From the human T2T-CHM13v2.0 reference genome, Homo sapiens: a stretch of DNA of 64,000 nucleotides. Within the stretch, counting starts at the first letter, position 1, and the number at the start of each line of letters is the position of its first letter. The position numbers were made by a program, and so were the translations under genes. This document shows, in pieces, positions 13,701-25,700 of the stretch. The notes beneath the pieces are model-generated. The model did no database searches. It was given only the letters and a program-made list of their open reading frames with translations, and had not been told where the DNA came from. The DNA is taken from NCBI RefSeq assembly GCF_009914755.1, contig NC_060925.1. One strand, given 5' to 3'.

Positions 13701-16700
13701 TGTTTCAAACCTGAACTATCAGAGAAAGGTTCAACACTGTGAGTTGAATGCAAGCATCACGAAGAAGGTTCTGAGAATGCTTCTGTTTAGATAGGTGAGT
13801 TTTCTCCCGTATCCAACGAAATCCTCAGAGAGGTCCAAATATCCACTTGCAGATTCTACAGAAAGTGTGTTTTGAAACTGCTCCATCCAAAGGAATGTTC
13901 AGCTCTGTGAGTTGAACTCAATCGTCACAAAGTGTTTCCTGGGAATGCTACTGTCTAGTTTTTATGGGCAGTTATATCCTCTGCTGCCATAGGCCTCAAA
14001 GCGGTCCAAATCTCCCCTTTCAGATTCTACCAAAAGTGTGTTTCCAAACGGCTCTATCAAAGGGAATGTTCAACTCTGTGAGTTGCATGCAATCATCACA
14101 AAGCAGTTTCTGAGAATGCTTCCATGTAGCTTTAATGAGCAGATATTTCCTTTTCCACCCCAGGCCTCGAAGCCCTCCAAATGTCCCCTTGCAGATGCTA
14201 GAAAGAGAGGGTTTCAAAGCTGCTCTATCAAAAGGAAAGTACAACTCTGTGAGTTGAATGCAAACATCACAAAGAAGCTCCTGAGCATGCTTCCGTTTAG
14301 CTTTCATGGGAAGATTATCCCTTTTCCATCGAAATGTTCAAAGAGGTCCACATATCCGCTTGCAGATTCCACCGAAAGAGTGTTTCCAAACTGCTGTATC
14401 AAAAGGAATCTTCAACTCCGTGAGTTGAATGCAATCATCACAAAGAAGTTTCTGACAATGCTTCTCTCTAGTTTTTATGTGAAGATATTTCCTTTTCCAC
14501 CACAGGCCTGAAAGCGCTCCAAATGTCCACTTGGAGACTCTACGAAAAGAATGTTTCAAAACTGCTCTATGAAAAGCAATGTTATACTCTGGGAGTTGAA
14601 CACAAGCCTCACAAAGGAGTTTCTGAGAATGCTTCTGTTTACTTTTTACGTGAAGATATTCCCGTTTCCAAAGAAATCTTCACAGACTTCCACCTATCCA
14701 TTTGCAGATGCTAGAAAAAGAGAGTTTCAAAACTGCTCTATCAAAAGGAATGTTCAACTCTGTGAGTTGAATGCAGTCATCACAGAGAAGTTTCTGAGAA
14801 GGCTTCTGTCTAGATTTTATGTGAAGATATACCCGTTTCGAACGAAGGCCACAAAGTGCTCCAAATATCCACTTGCAGGTCCTCCAACAAGAGTGTTTCA
14901 AACGTGAACTATCAAAGGAAGGTTCAACTCTGGACTTTGAATGCAAACGTCAGAAAGATGTTTCTGCGAAAGCTTCTGTTTAGTTAGGTGACGTTATCCC
15001 GTTTCCAACGAAATCCTCAGAGAGGTCCAAATATCCACCTGCAGATTCTGCAAAAAGTGTGTTTCCAAACTGCTCCACCCAAAGGCATGTTCAGCTCTGT
15101 GAGTTAAACTCAATCATCACAAAGTATTTTCTGAGAATGCTTCTGTCCAGTTTTTACATGAAGCTGTTTCCTTTACTACCGTAGGCCTCAAAGCGTTCCA
15201 AATCTCCACTTGCAGATACTACGAAAAGGGCGTTTCAACCTGAACTCACAAGGGAAGGTTCAACTCCGTCAGTTGAATGTCAACATCACAAAGAAGTTCT
15301 GGGAATGTTTCTCTTCAGTTATGTGAGTTTTATCCCGTTTCCAACGAAATTCTCAGAGAAGTACAAATATCCACTTGCATATTCTACACAAAGTGTGTTT
15401 TGAAAGTGCTCCATCAAAAGATATGCTCAGCTCTGTGAGGTAAACTCAATCATCACAAAGAATTTTCTGAGAATGCTTCTGTCTTGTTTTAGGATGAAGT
15501 TATTTCCTTTACGACGATAGGCCTCAAAGAGGTCCAAATCTCCACTTGCAGATTCTGCAGAAGGAGTGTTTCAAACCTGAACTATCAGAGAAAGGTTCAA
15601 CACTGTGAGTTGAATGCAAGCATCACGAAGAAGGTTCTGAGAATGCTTCTGTTTAGATAGGTGAGTTTTCTCCCGTATCCAACGAAATCCTCAGAGAGGT
15701 CCAAATATCCACTTGCAGATTCTACAGAAAGTGTGTTTTGAAACTGCTCCATCCAAAGGAATGTTCAGCTCTGTGAGTTGAACTCAATCGTCACAAAGTG
15801 TTTCCTGGGAATGCTACTGTCTAGTTTTTATGGGCAGTTATATCCTCTGCTGCCATAGGCCTCAAAGCGGTCCAAATCTCCCCTTTCAGATTCTACCAAA
15901 AGTGTGTTTCCAAACGGCTCTATCAAAGGGAATGTTCAACTCTGTGACTTGAATGCAATCATCACAAAGCAGTTTCTGAGAATGCTTCCATGTAGCTTTT
16001 AGGAGAAGATATTTCCTTTTCCACCCCAGGCCTCGAAGCCCTCCAAATGTCCCCTTGCAGATGCTAGAAAGAGAGGGTTTCAAAGCTGCTCTATCAAAAG
16101 GAAAGTACAACTCTGTGAGTTGAATGCAAACATCACAAAGAAGCTCCTGAGCATGCTTCCGTTTAGCTTTCATGGGAAGATTATCCCTTTTCCATCGAAA
16201 TGTTCAAAGAGGTCCACATATCCGCTTGCAGATTCCACCGAAAGAGTGTTTCCAAACTGCTGTATCAAAAGGAATCTTCAACTCCGTGAGTTGAATGCAA
16301 TCATCACAAAGAAGTTTCTGACAATGCTTCTCTCTAGTTTTTATGTGAAGATATTTCCTTTTCCACCACAGGCCTGAAAGCGCTCCAAATGTCCACTTGG
16401 AGACTCTACGAAAAGAATGTTTCAAAACTGCTCTATGAAAAGCAATGTTATACTCTGGGAGTTGAACACAAGCCTCACAAAGGAGTTTCTGAGAATGCTT
16501 CTGTTTACTTTTTACGTGAAGATATTCCCGTTTCCAAAGAAATCTTCACAGACTTCCACCTATCCATTTGCAGATGCTAGAAAAAGAGAGTTTCAAAACT
16601 GCTCTATCAAAAGGAATGTTCAACTCTGTGAGTTGAATGCAGTCATCACAGAGAAGTTTCTGAGAAGGCTTCTGTCTAGATTTTATGTGAAGATATACCC

Positions 16701-19700
16701 GTTTCGAACGAAGGCCACAAAGTGCTCCAAATATCCACTTGCAGGTCCTCCAACAAGAGTGTTTCAAACGTGAACTATCAAAGGAAGGTTCAACTCTGGA
16801 CTTTGAATGCAAACGTCAGAAAGATGTTTCTGCGAAAGCTTCTGTTTAGTTAGGTGACGTTATCCCGTTTCCAACGAAATCCTCAGAGAGGTCCAAATAT
16901 CCACCTGCAGATTCTGCAAAAAGTGTGTTTCCAAACTGCTCCACCCAAAGGCATGTTCAGCTCTGTGAGTTAAACTCAATCATCACAAAGTATTTTCTGA
17001 GAATGCTTCTGTCCAGTTTTTACATGAAGCTGTTTCCTTTACTACCGTAGGCCTCAAAGCGTTCCAAATCTCCACTTGCAGATACTACGAAAAGGGCGTT
17101 TCAACCTGAACTCACAAGGGAAGGTTCAACTCTGTCAGTTGAATGCCAACATCACAAAGAAGTTCTGGGAATGTTTCTCTTCAGTTATGTGAGTTTTATC
17201 CCGTTTCCAACGAAATTCTCAGAGAAGTACAAATATCCACTTGCATATTCTACACAAAGTGTGTTTTGAAAGTGCTCCATCAAAAGATATGCTCAGCTCT
17301 GTGAGGTAAACTCAATCATCACAAAGAATTTTCTGAGAATGCTTCTGTCTTGTTTTAGGATGAAGTTATTTCCTTTACGACGATAGGCCTCAAAGAGGTC
17401 CAAATCTCCACTTGCATATTCTGCAGAAGGAGTGTTTCAAACCTGAACTATCAGAGAAAGGTTCAACACTGTGAGTTGAATGCAAGCATCACGAAGAAGG
17501 TTCTGAGAATGCTTCTGTTTAGATAGGTGAGTTTTCTCCCGTATCCAACGAAATCCTCAGAGAGGTCCAAATATCCACTTGCAGATTCTACAGAAAGTGT
17601 GTTTTGAAACTGCTCCATCCAAAGGAATGTTCAGCTCTGTGAGTTGAACTCAATCGTCACAAAGTGTTTCCTGGGAATGCTACTGTCTAGTTTTTATGGG
17701 CAGTTATATCCTCTGCTGCCATAGGCCTCAAAGCGGTCCAAATCTCCCCTTTCAGATTCTACCAAAAGTGTGTTTCCAAACGGCTCTATCAAAGGGAATG
17801 TTCAACTCTGTGACTTGAATGCAATCATCACAAAGCAGTTTCTGAGAATGCTTCCATGTAGCTTTTAGGAGAAGATATTTCCTTTTCCACCCCAGGCCTC
17901 GAAGCCCTCCAAATGTCCCCTTGCAGATGCTAGAAAGAGAGGGTTTCAAAGCTGCTCTATCAAAAGGAAAGTACAACTCTGTGAGTTGAATGCAAACATC
18001 ACAAAGAAGTTCCTGAGCATGCTTCCGTTTAGCTTTCATGGGAAGATTATCCCTTTTCCATCGAAATGTTCAAAGAGGTCCACATATCCGCTTGCAGATT
18101 CCACCGAAAGAGTGTCTCCAAACTGCTGTATCAAAAGGAATCTTCAACTCCGTGAGTTGAATGCAATCATCACAAAGAAGTTTCTGACAATGCTTCTCTC
18201 TAGTTTTTATGTGAAGATATTTCCTTTTCCACCACAGGCCTGAAAGCGCTCCAAATGTCCACTTGGAGACTCTACGAAAAGAATGTTTCAAAACTCCTCT
18301 ATGAAAAGCAATGTTATACTCTGGGAGTTGAACACAAGCCTCACAAAGGAGTTTCTGAGAATGCTTCTGTTTACTTTTTACGTGAAGATATTCCCGTTTC
18401 CAAAGAAATCTTCACAGACTTCCACCTATCCATTTGCAGATGCTAGAAAAAGAGAGTTTCAAAACTGCTCTATCAAAAGGAATGTTCAACTCTGTGAGTT
18501 GAATGCAGTCATCACAGAGAAGTTTCTGAGAAGGCTTCTGTCTAGATTTTATGTGAAGATATACCCGTTTCGAACGAAGGCCACAAAGTGCTCCAAATAT
18601 CCACTTGCAGGTCCTCCAACAAGAGTGTTTCAAACGTGAACTATCAAAGGAAGGTTCAACTCTGGACTTTGAATGCAAACGTCAGAAAGATGTTTCTGCG
18701 AAAGCTTCTGTTTAGTTAGGTGACGTTATCCCGTTTCCAACGAAATCCTCAGAGAGGTCCAAATATCCACCTGCAGATTCTGCAAAAAGTGTGTTTCCAA
18801 ACTGCTCCACCCAAAGGCATGTTCAGCTCTGTGAGTTAAACTCAATCATCACAAAGTATTTTCTGAGAATGCTTCTGTCCAGTTTTTACATGAAGCTGTT
18901 TCCTTTACTACCGTAGGCCTCAAAGCGTTCCAAATCTCCACTTGCAGATACTACGAAAAGGGCGTTTCAACCTGAACTCACAAGGGAAGGTTCAACTCTG
19001 TCAGTTGAATGCCAACATCACAAAGAAGTTCTGGGAATGTTTCTCTTCAGTTATGTGAGTTTTATCCCGTTTCCAACGAAATTCTCAGAGAAGTACAAAT
19101 ATCCACTTGCATATTCTACACAAAGTGTGTTTTGAAAGTGCTCCATCAAAAGATATGCTCAGCTCTGTGAGGTAAACTCAATCATCACAAAGAATTTTCT
19201 GAGAATGCTTCTGTCTTGTTTTAGGATGAAGTTATTTCCTTTACGACGATAGGCCTCAAAGAGGTCCAAATCTCCACTTGCAGATTCTGCAGAAGGAGTG
19301 TTTCAAACTTGAACTATCAGAGAAAGGTTCAACACTGTGAGTTGAATGCAAGCATCACGAAGAAGGTTCTGAGAATGCTTCTGTTTAGATAGGTGAGTTT
19401 TCTCCCGTATCCAACGAAATCCTCAGAGAGGTCCAAATATCCACTTGCAGATTCTACAGAAAGTGTGTTTTGAAACTGCTCCATCCAAAGGAATGTTCAG
19501 CTCTGTGAGTTGAACTCAATCGTCACAAAGTGTTTCCTGGGAATGCTACTGTCTAGTTTTTATGGGCAGTTATATCCTCTGCTGCCATAGGCCGCAAAGC
19601 GGTCCAAATCTCCCCTTTCAGATTCTACCAAAAGTGTGTTTCCAAACGGCTCTATCAAAGGGAATGTTCAACTCTGTGACTTGAATGCAATCATCACAAA

Positions 19701-22700
19701 GCAGTTTCTGAGAATGCTTCCATGTAGCTTTTAGGAGAAGATATTTCCTTTTCCACCCCAGGCCTCGAAGCCCTCCAAATGTCCCCTTGCAGATGCTAGA
19801 AAGAGAGGGTTTCAAAGCTGCTCTATCAAAAGGAAAGTACAACTCTGTGAGTTGAATGCAAACATCACAAAGAAGTTCCTGAGCATGCTTCCGTTTAGCT
19901 TTCATGGGAAGATTATCCCTTTTCCATCGAAATGTTCAAAGAGGTCCACATATCCGCTTGCAGATTCCACCGAAAGAGTGTTTCCAAACTGCTGTATCAA
20001 AAGGAATCGTCAACTCCGTGAGTTGAATGCAATCATCACAAAGAAGTTTCTGACAATGCTTCTCTCTAGTTTTTATGTGAAGATATTTCCTTTTCCACCA
20101 CAGGCCTGAAAGCGCTGCAAATGTCCACTTGGAGACTCTACGAAAAGAATGTTTCAAAACTCCTCTATGAAAAGCAATGTTATACTCTGGGAGTTGAACA
20201 CAAGCCTCACAAAGGAGTTTCTGAGAATGCTTCTATTTACTTTTTACGTGAAGATATTCCCGTTTCCAAAGAAATCTTCACAGACTTCCACCTATCCATT
20301 TGCAGATGCTAGAAAAAGAGAGTTTCAAAACTGCTCTATCAAAAGGAATGTTCAACTCTGTGAGTTGAATGCAGTCATCACAGAGAAGTTTCTGAGAAGG
20401 CTTCTGTCTAGATTTTATGTGAAGATATACCCGTTTCGAACGAAGGCCACAAAGTGCTCCAAATATCCACTTGCTGGACCTCCAACAAGAGTGTTTCAAA
20501 CGTGAACTATCAAAGGAAGGTTCAACTCTGGACTTTGAATGCAAACGTCAGAAAGATGTTTCTGCGAAAGCTTCTGTTTAGTTAGGTGACGTTATCCCGT
20601 TTCCAACGAAATCCTCAGAGAGGTCCAAATATCCACCTGCAGATTCTGCAAAAAGTGTGTTTCCAAACTGCTCCACCCAAAGGCATGTTCAGCTCTGTGA
20701 GTTAAACTCAATCATCACAAAGTATTTTCTGAGAATGCTTCTGTCCAGTTGTTACATGAAGCTGTTTCCTTTACTACCGTAGGCCTCAAAGCGTTCCAAA
20801 TCTCCACTTGCAGATACTACGAAAAGGGCGTTTCAACCTGAACTCACAAGGGAAGGTTCAACTCTGTCAGTTGAATGCCAACATCACAAAGAAGTTCTGG
20901 GAATGTTTCTCTTCAGTTATGTGAGTTTTATCCCGTTTCCAACGAAATTCTCAGAGAAGTACAAATATCCACTTGCATATTCTACACAAAGTGTGTTTTG
21001 AAAGTGCTCCATCAAAAGATATGCTCAGCTCTGTGAGTTAAACTCAATCATCACAAAGAATTTTCTGAGAATGCTTCTGTCTTGTTTTAGGATGAAGTTA
21101 TTTCCTTTACGACGATAGGCCTCAAAGAGGTCCAAATCTCCACTTGCAGATTCTGCAGAAGGAGTGTTTCAAACCTGAACTATCAGAGAAAGGTTCAACA
21201 CTGTGAGTTGAATGCAAGCATCACGAAGAAGGTTCTGAGAATGCTTCTGTTTAGATAGGTGAGTTTTCTCCCGTATCCAACGAAATCCTCAGAGAGGTCC
21301 AAATATCCACTTGCAGATTCTACAGAAAGTGTGTTTTGAAACTGCTCCATCCAAAGGAATGTTCAGCTCTGTGAGTTGAACTCAATCGTCACAAAGTGTT
21401 TCCTGGGAATGCTACTGTCTAGTTTTTATGGGCAGTTATATCCTCTGCTGCCATAGGCCTCAAAGCGGTCCAAATCTCCCCTTTCAGATTCTACCAAAAG
21501 TGTGTTTCCAAACGGCTCTATCAAAGGGAATGTTCAACTCTGTGACTTGAATGCAATCATCACAAAGCAGTTTCTGAGAATGCTTCCATGTAGCTTTTAG
21601 GAGAAGATATTTCCTTTTCCACCCCAGGCCTCGAAGCCCTCCAAATGTCCCCTTGCAGATGCTAGAAAGAGAGGGTTTCAAAGCTGCTCTATCAAAAGGA
21701 AAGTACAACTCTGTGAGTTGAATGCAAACATCACAAAGAAGCTCCTGAGCATGCTTCCGTTTAGCTTTCATGGGAAGATTATCCCTTTTCCATCGAAATG
21801 TTCAAAGAGGTCCACATATCCGCTTGCAGATTCCACCGAAAGAGTGTTTCCAAACTGCTGTATCAAAAGGAATCGTCAACTCCGTGAGTTGAATGCAATC
21901 ATCACAAAGAAGTTTCTGACAACGCTTCTCTCTAGTTTTTATGTGAAGATATTTCCTTTTCCACCACAGGCCTGAAAGCGCTCCAAATGTCCACTTGGAG
22001 ACTCTACGAAAAGAATGTTTCAAAACTGCTCTATGAAAAGCAATGTTATACTCTGGGAGTTGAACACAAGCCTCACAAAGGAGTTTCTGAGAATGCTTCT
22101 GTTTACTTTTTACGTGAAGATATTCCCGTTTCCAAAGAAATCTTCACAGACTTCCACCTATCCATTTGCAGATGCTAGAAAAAGAGAGTTTCAAAACTGC
22201 TCTATCAAAAGGAATGTTCAACACTGTGAGTTGAATGCAGTCATCACAGAGAAGTTTCTGAGAAGGCTTCTGTCTAGATTTTATGTGAAGATATAGCCGT
22301 TTCGAACAAAGGCCACAAAGTGCTCCAAATATCCACTTGCAGGTCCTCCAACAAGAGTGTTTCAAACGTGAACTATCAAAGGAAGGTTCAACTCTGGACT
22401 TTGAATGCAAACGTCAGAAAGATGTTTCTGCGAAAGCTTCTGTTTAGTTAGGTGACGTTATCCCGTTTCCAACGAAATCCTCAGGGAGGTCCAAATATCC
22501 ACCTGCAGATTCTGCAAAAAGTGTGTTTCCAAACTGCTCCACCCAAAGGCATGTTCAGCTCTGTGAGTTAAACTCAATCATCACAAAGTATTTTCTGAGA
22601 ATGCTTCTGTCCATTATTTACATGAAGCTGTTTCCTTTACTACCGTAGGCCTCAAAGCGTTCCAAATCTCCACTTGCAGATACTACGAAAAGAGCGTTTC

Positions 22701-25700
22701 AACCTGAACTCACAAGGGAAGGTTCAACTCTGTCAGTTGAATGCCAACATCACAAAGAAGTTCTGGGAATGTTTCTCTTCAGTTATGTGAGTTTTATCCC
22801 GTTTCCAACGAAATTCTCAGAGAAGTACAAATATCCACTTGCATCTTCTACAAAAAGTGTGTTTTGAAAGTGCTCCATCAAAAGATATGCTCAGCTCTGT
22901 GAGTTAAACTCAATCATCACAAAGAATTTTCTGAGAACGCTTCTGTCTTGTTTTAGGATGAAGTTATTTCCTTTACGACGATAGGCCTCAAAGAGGTCCA
23001 AATCTCCACTTGCAGATTCTGCAGAAGGAGTGTTTCAAACCTGAACTATCAGAGAAAGGTTCAACACTGTGAGTTGAATGCAAGCATCACGAAGAAGGTT
23101 CTGAGAATGCTTCTGTTTAGATAGGTGAGTTTTCTCCCGTATCCAACGAAATCCTCAGAGAGGTCCAAATATCCACTTGCAGATTCTACAGAAAGTGTGT
23201 TTTGAAACTGCTCCATCCAAAGGAATGTTGAGCTCTGTGAGTTGAACTCAATCGTCACAAAGTGTTTCCTGGGAATGCTACTGTCTAGTTTTTATGGGCA
23301 GTTATATCCTCTGCTGCCATAGGCCTCAAAGCGGTCCAAATCTCCCCTTTCAGATTCTACCAAAAGTGTGTTTCCAAACGGCTCTATCAAAGGGAATGTT
23401 CAACTCTGTGACTTGAATGCAATCATCACAAAGCAGTTTCTGAGAATGCTTCCATGTAGCTTTTATGAGCAGATATTTCCTTTTCCACCCCAGGCCTCGA
23501 AGCTCTCCAAATGTCCCCTGGCAGATGCTAGAAAGAGAGGGTTTCAAAGCTGCTCTATCAAAAGGAAAGTACAACTCTGTGAGTTGAATGCAAACATCAC
23601 AAAGAAGTTCCTGAGCATGCTTCCGTTTAGCTTTTATGGGAAGATTATCCCTTTTCCATCGAAATGTTCAAAGAGGTCCACATATCCGCTTGCAGATTCC
23701 ACCGAAAGAGTGTTTCCAAACTGCTGTTTCGAAAGGAATCTTCAACTCCGTGAGTTGAATGCAATCATCACAAAGAAGTTTCTGACAACGCTTCTCTCTA
23801 GTTTTTATGTGAAGATATTTCCTTTTCCACCACAGGCCTGAAAGCGCTCCAAATGTCCACTTGGAGACTCTACGAAAAGAATGTTTCAAAACTGCTCTAT
23901 GAAAAGCAATGTTATACTCTGGGAGTTGAACACAAGCCTCACAAAGGAGTTTCTGAGAATGCTTCTGTTTACTTTTTACGTGAAGATATTCCCGTTTCCA
24001 AAGAAATCTTCACAGACTTCCACCTATCCATTTGCAGATGCTAGAAAAAGAGAGTTTCAAAACTGCTCTATCAAAAGGAATGTTCAACTCTGTGAGTTGA
24101 ATGCAGTCATCACAGAGAAGTTTCTGAGAAGGCTTCTGTCTAGATTTTATGTGAAGATATACCCGTTTCGAACAAAGGCCACAAAGTGCTCCAAATATCC
24201 ACTTGCGGGTCCTCCAACAAGAGTGTTTCAAACGTGAACTATCAAAGGAAGGTTCAACTCTGGACTTTGAATGCAAACGTCAGAAAGATGTTTCTGCGAA
24301 AGCTTCTGTTTAGTTAGGTGACGTTATCCCGTTTCCAACGAAATCCTCAGAGAGGTCCAAATATCCACCTGCAGATTCTGCAAAAAGTGTGTTTCCAAAC
24401 TGCTCCACCCAAAGGCATGTTCAGCTCTGTGAGTTAAACTCAATCATCACAAAGTATTTTCTGAGAATGCTTCTGTCCAGTTTTTACATGAAGGTGTCTC
24501 CTTTACTACCGTAGGCCTCAAAGCGTTCCAAATCTCCACTTGCAGATACTACGAAAAGAGCGTTTCAACCTGAACTCACAAGGGAAGGTTCAACTCTGTC
24601 AGTTGAATGCCAACATCACAAAGAAGTTCTGGGAATGTTTCTCTTCAGTTATGTGAGTTTTATCCCGTTTCCAACGAAATTCTCAGAGAAGTACAAATAT
24701 CCACTTGCATATTCTACACAAAGTGTGTTTTGAAAGTGCTCCATCAAAAGATATGCTCAGCTCTGTGAGTTAAACTCAATCATCACAAAGAATTTTCTGA
24801 GAATGCTTCTGTCTTGTTTTAGGATGAAGTTATTTCCTTTACGACGATAGGCCTCAAAGAGGTCCAAATCTCCACTTGCAGATTCTGCAGAAGGAGTGTT
24901 TCAAACCTGAACTATCAGAGAAAGGTTCAACACTGTGAGTTGAATGCAAGCATCACGAAGAAGGTTCTGAGAATGCTTCTGTTTAGATAGGTGAGTTTTC
25001 TCCCGTATCCAACGAAATCCTCAGAGAGGTCCAAATATCCACTTGCAGATTCTACAGAAAGTGTGTTTTGAAACTGCTCCATCCAAAGGAATGTTGAGCT
25101 CTGTGAGTTGAACTCAATCGTCACAAAGTGTTTCCTGGGAATGCTACTGTCTAGTTTTTATGGGCAGTTATATCCTCTGCTGCCATAGGCCTCAAAGAGG
25201 TCCAAATCTCCCCTTTCAGATTCTACCAAAAGTGTGTTTCCAAACGGCTCTATCAAAGGGAATGTTCAACTCTGTGACTTGAATGCAATCATCACAAAGC
25301 AGTTTCTGAGAATGCTTCCATGTAGCTTTTATGAGCAGATATTTCCTTTTCCACCGCAGGCCTCGAAGCCCTCCAAATGTCCCCTTGCAGATGTTAGAAA
25401 GAGAGGGTTTCAAAGCTGCTCTATCAAAAGGAAAGTACAACTCTGTGAGTTGAATGCAAACATCACAAAGAAGTTCCTGAGCATGCTTCCGTTTAGCTTT
25501 TATGGGAAGATTATCCCTTTTCCATCGAAATGTTCAAAGAGGTCCACATATCCGCTTGCAGATTCCACCGAAAGAGTGTTTCCAAACTGCTGTATCAAAA
25601 GGAATCTTCAACTCCGTGAGTTGAATGAAATCATCACAAAGAAGTTTCTGACAATGCTTCTCTCTAGTTTTTATGTGAAGATATTTCCTTTTCCACCACA

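Noticed and set aside
1-22200. Claim that the homogeneous block is the active kinetochore site
   Set aside because: Homogeneity and CENP-B boxes are not sufficient evidence, and CENP-A and methylation data would be needed. If the array is D1Z5, it is generally regarded as a flanking, inactive HOR.
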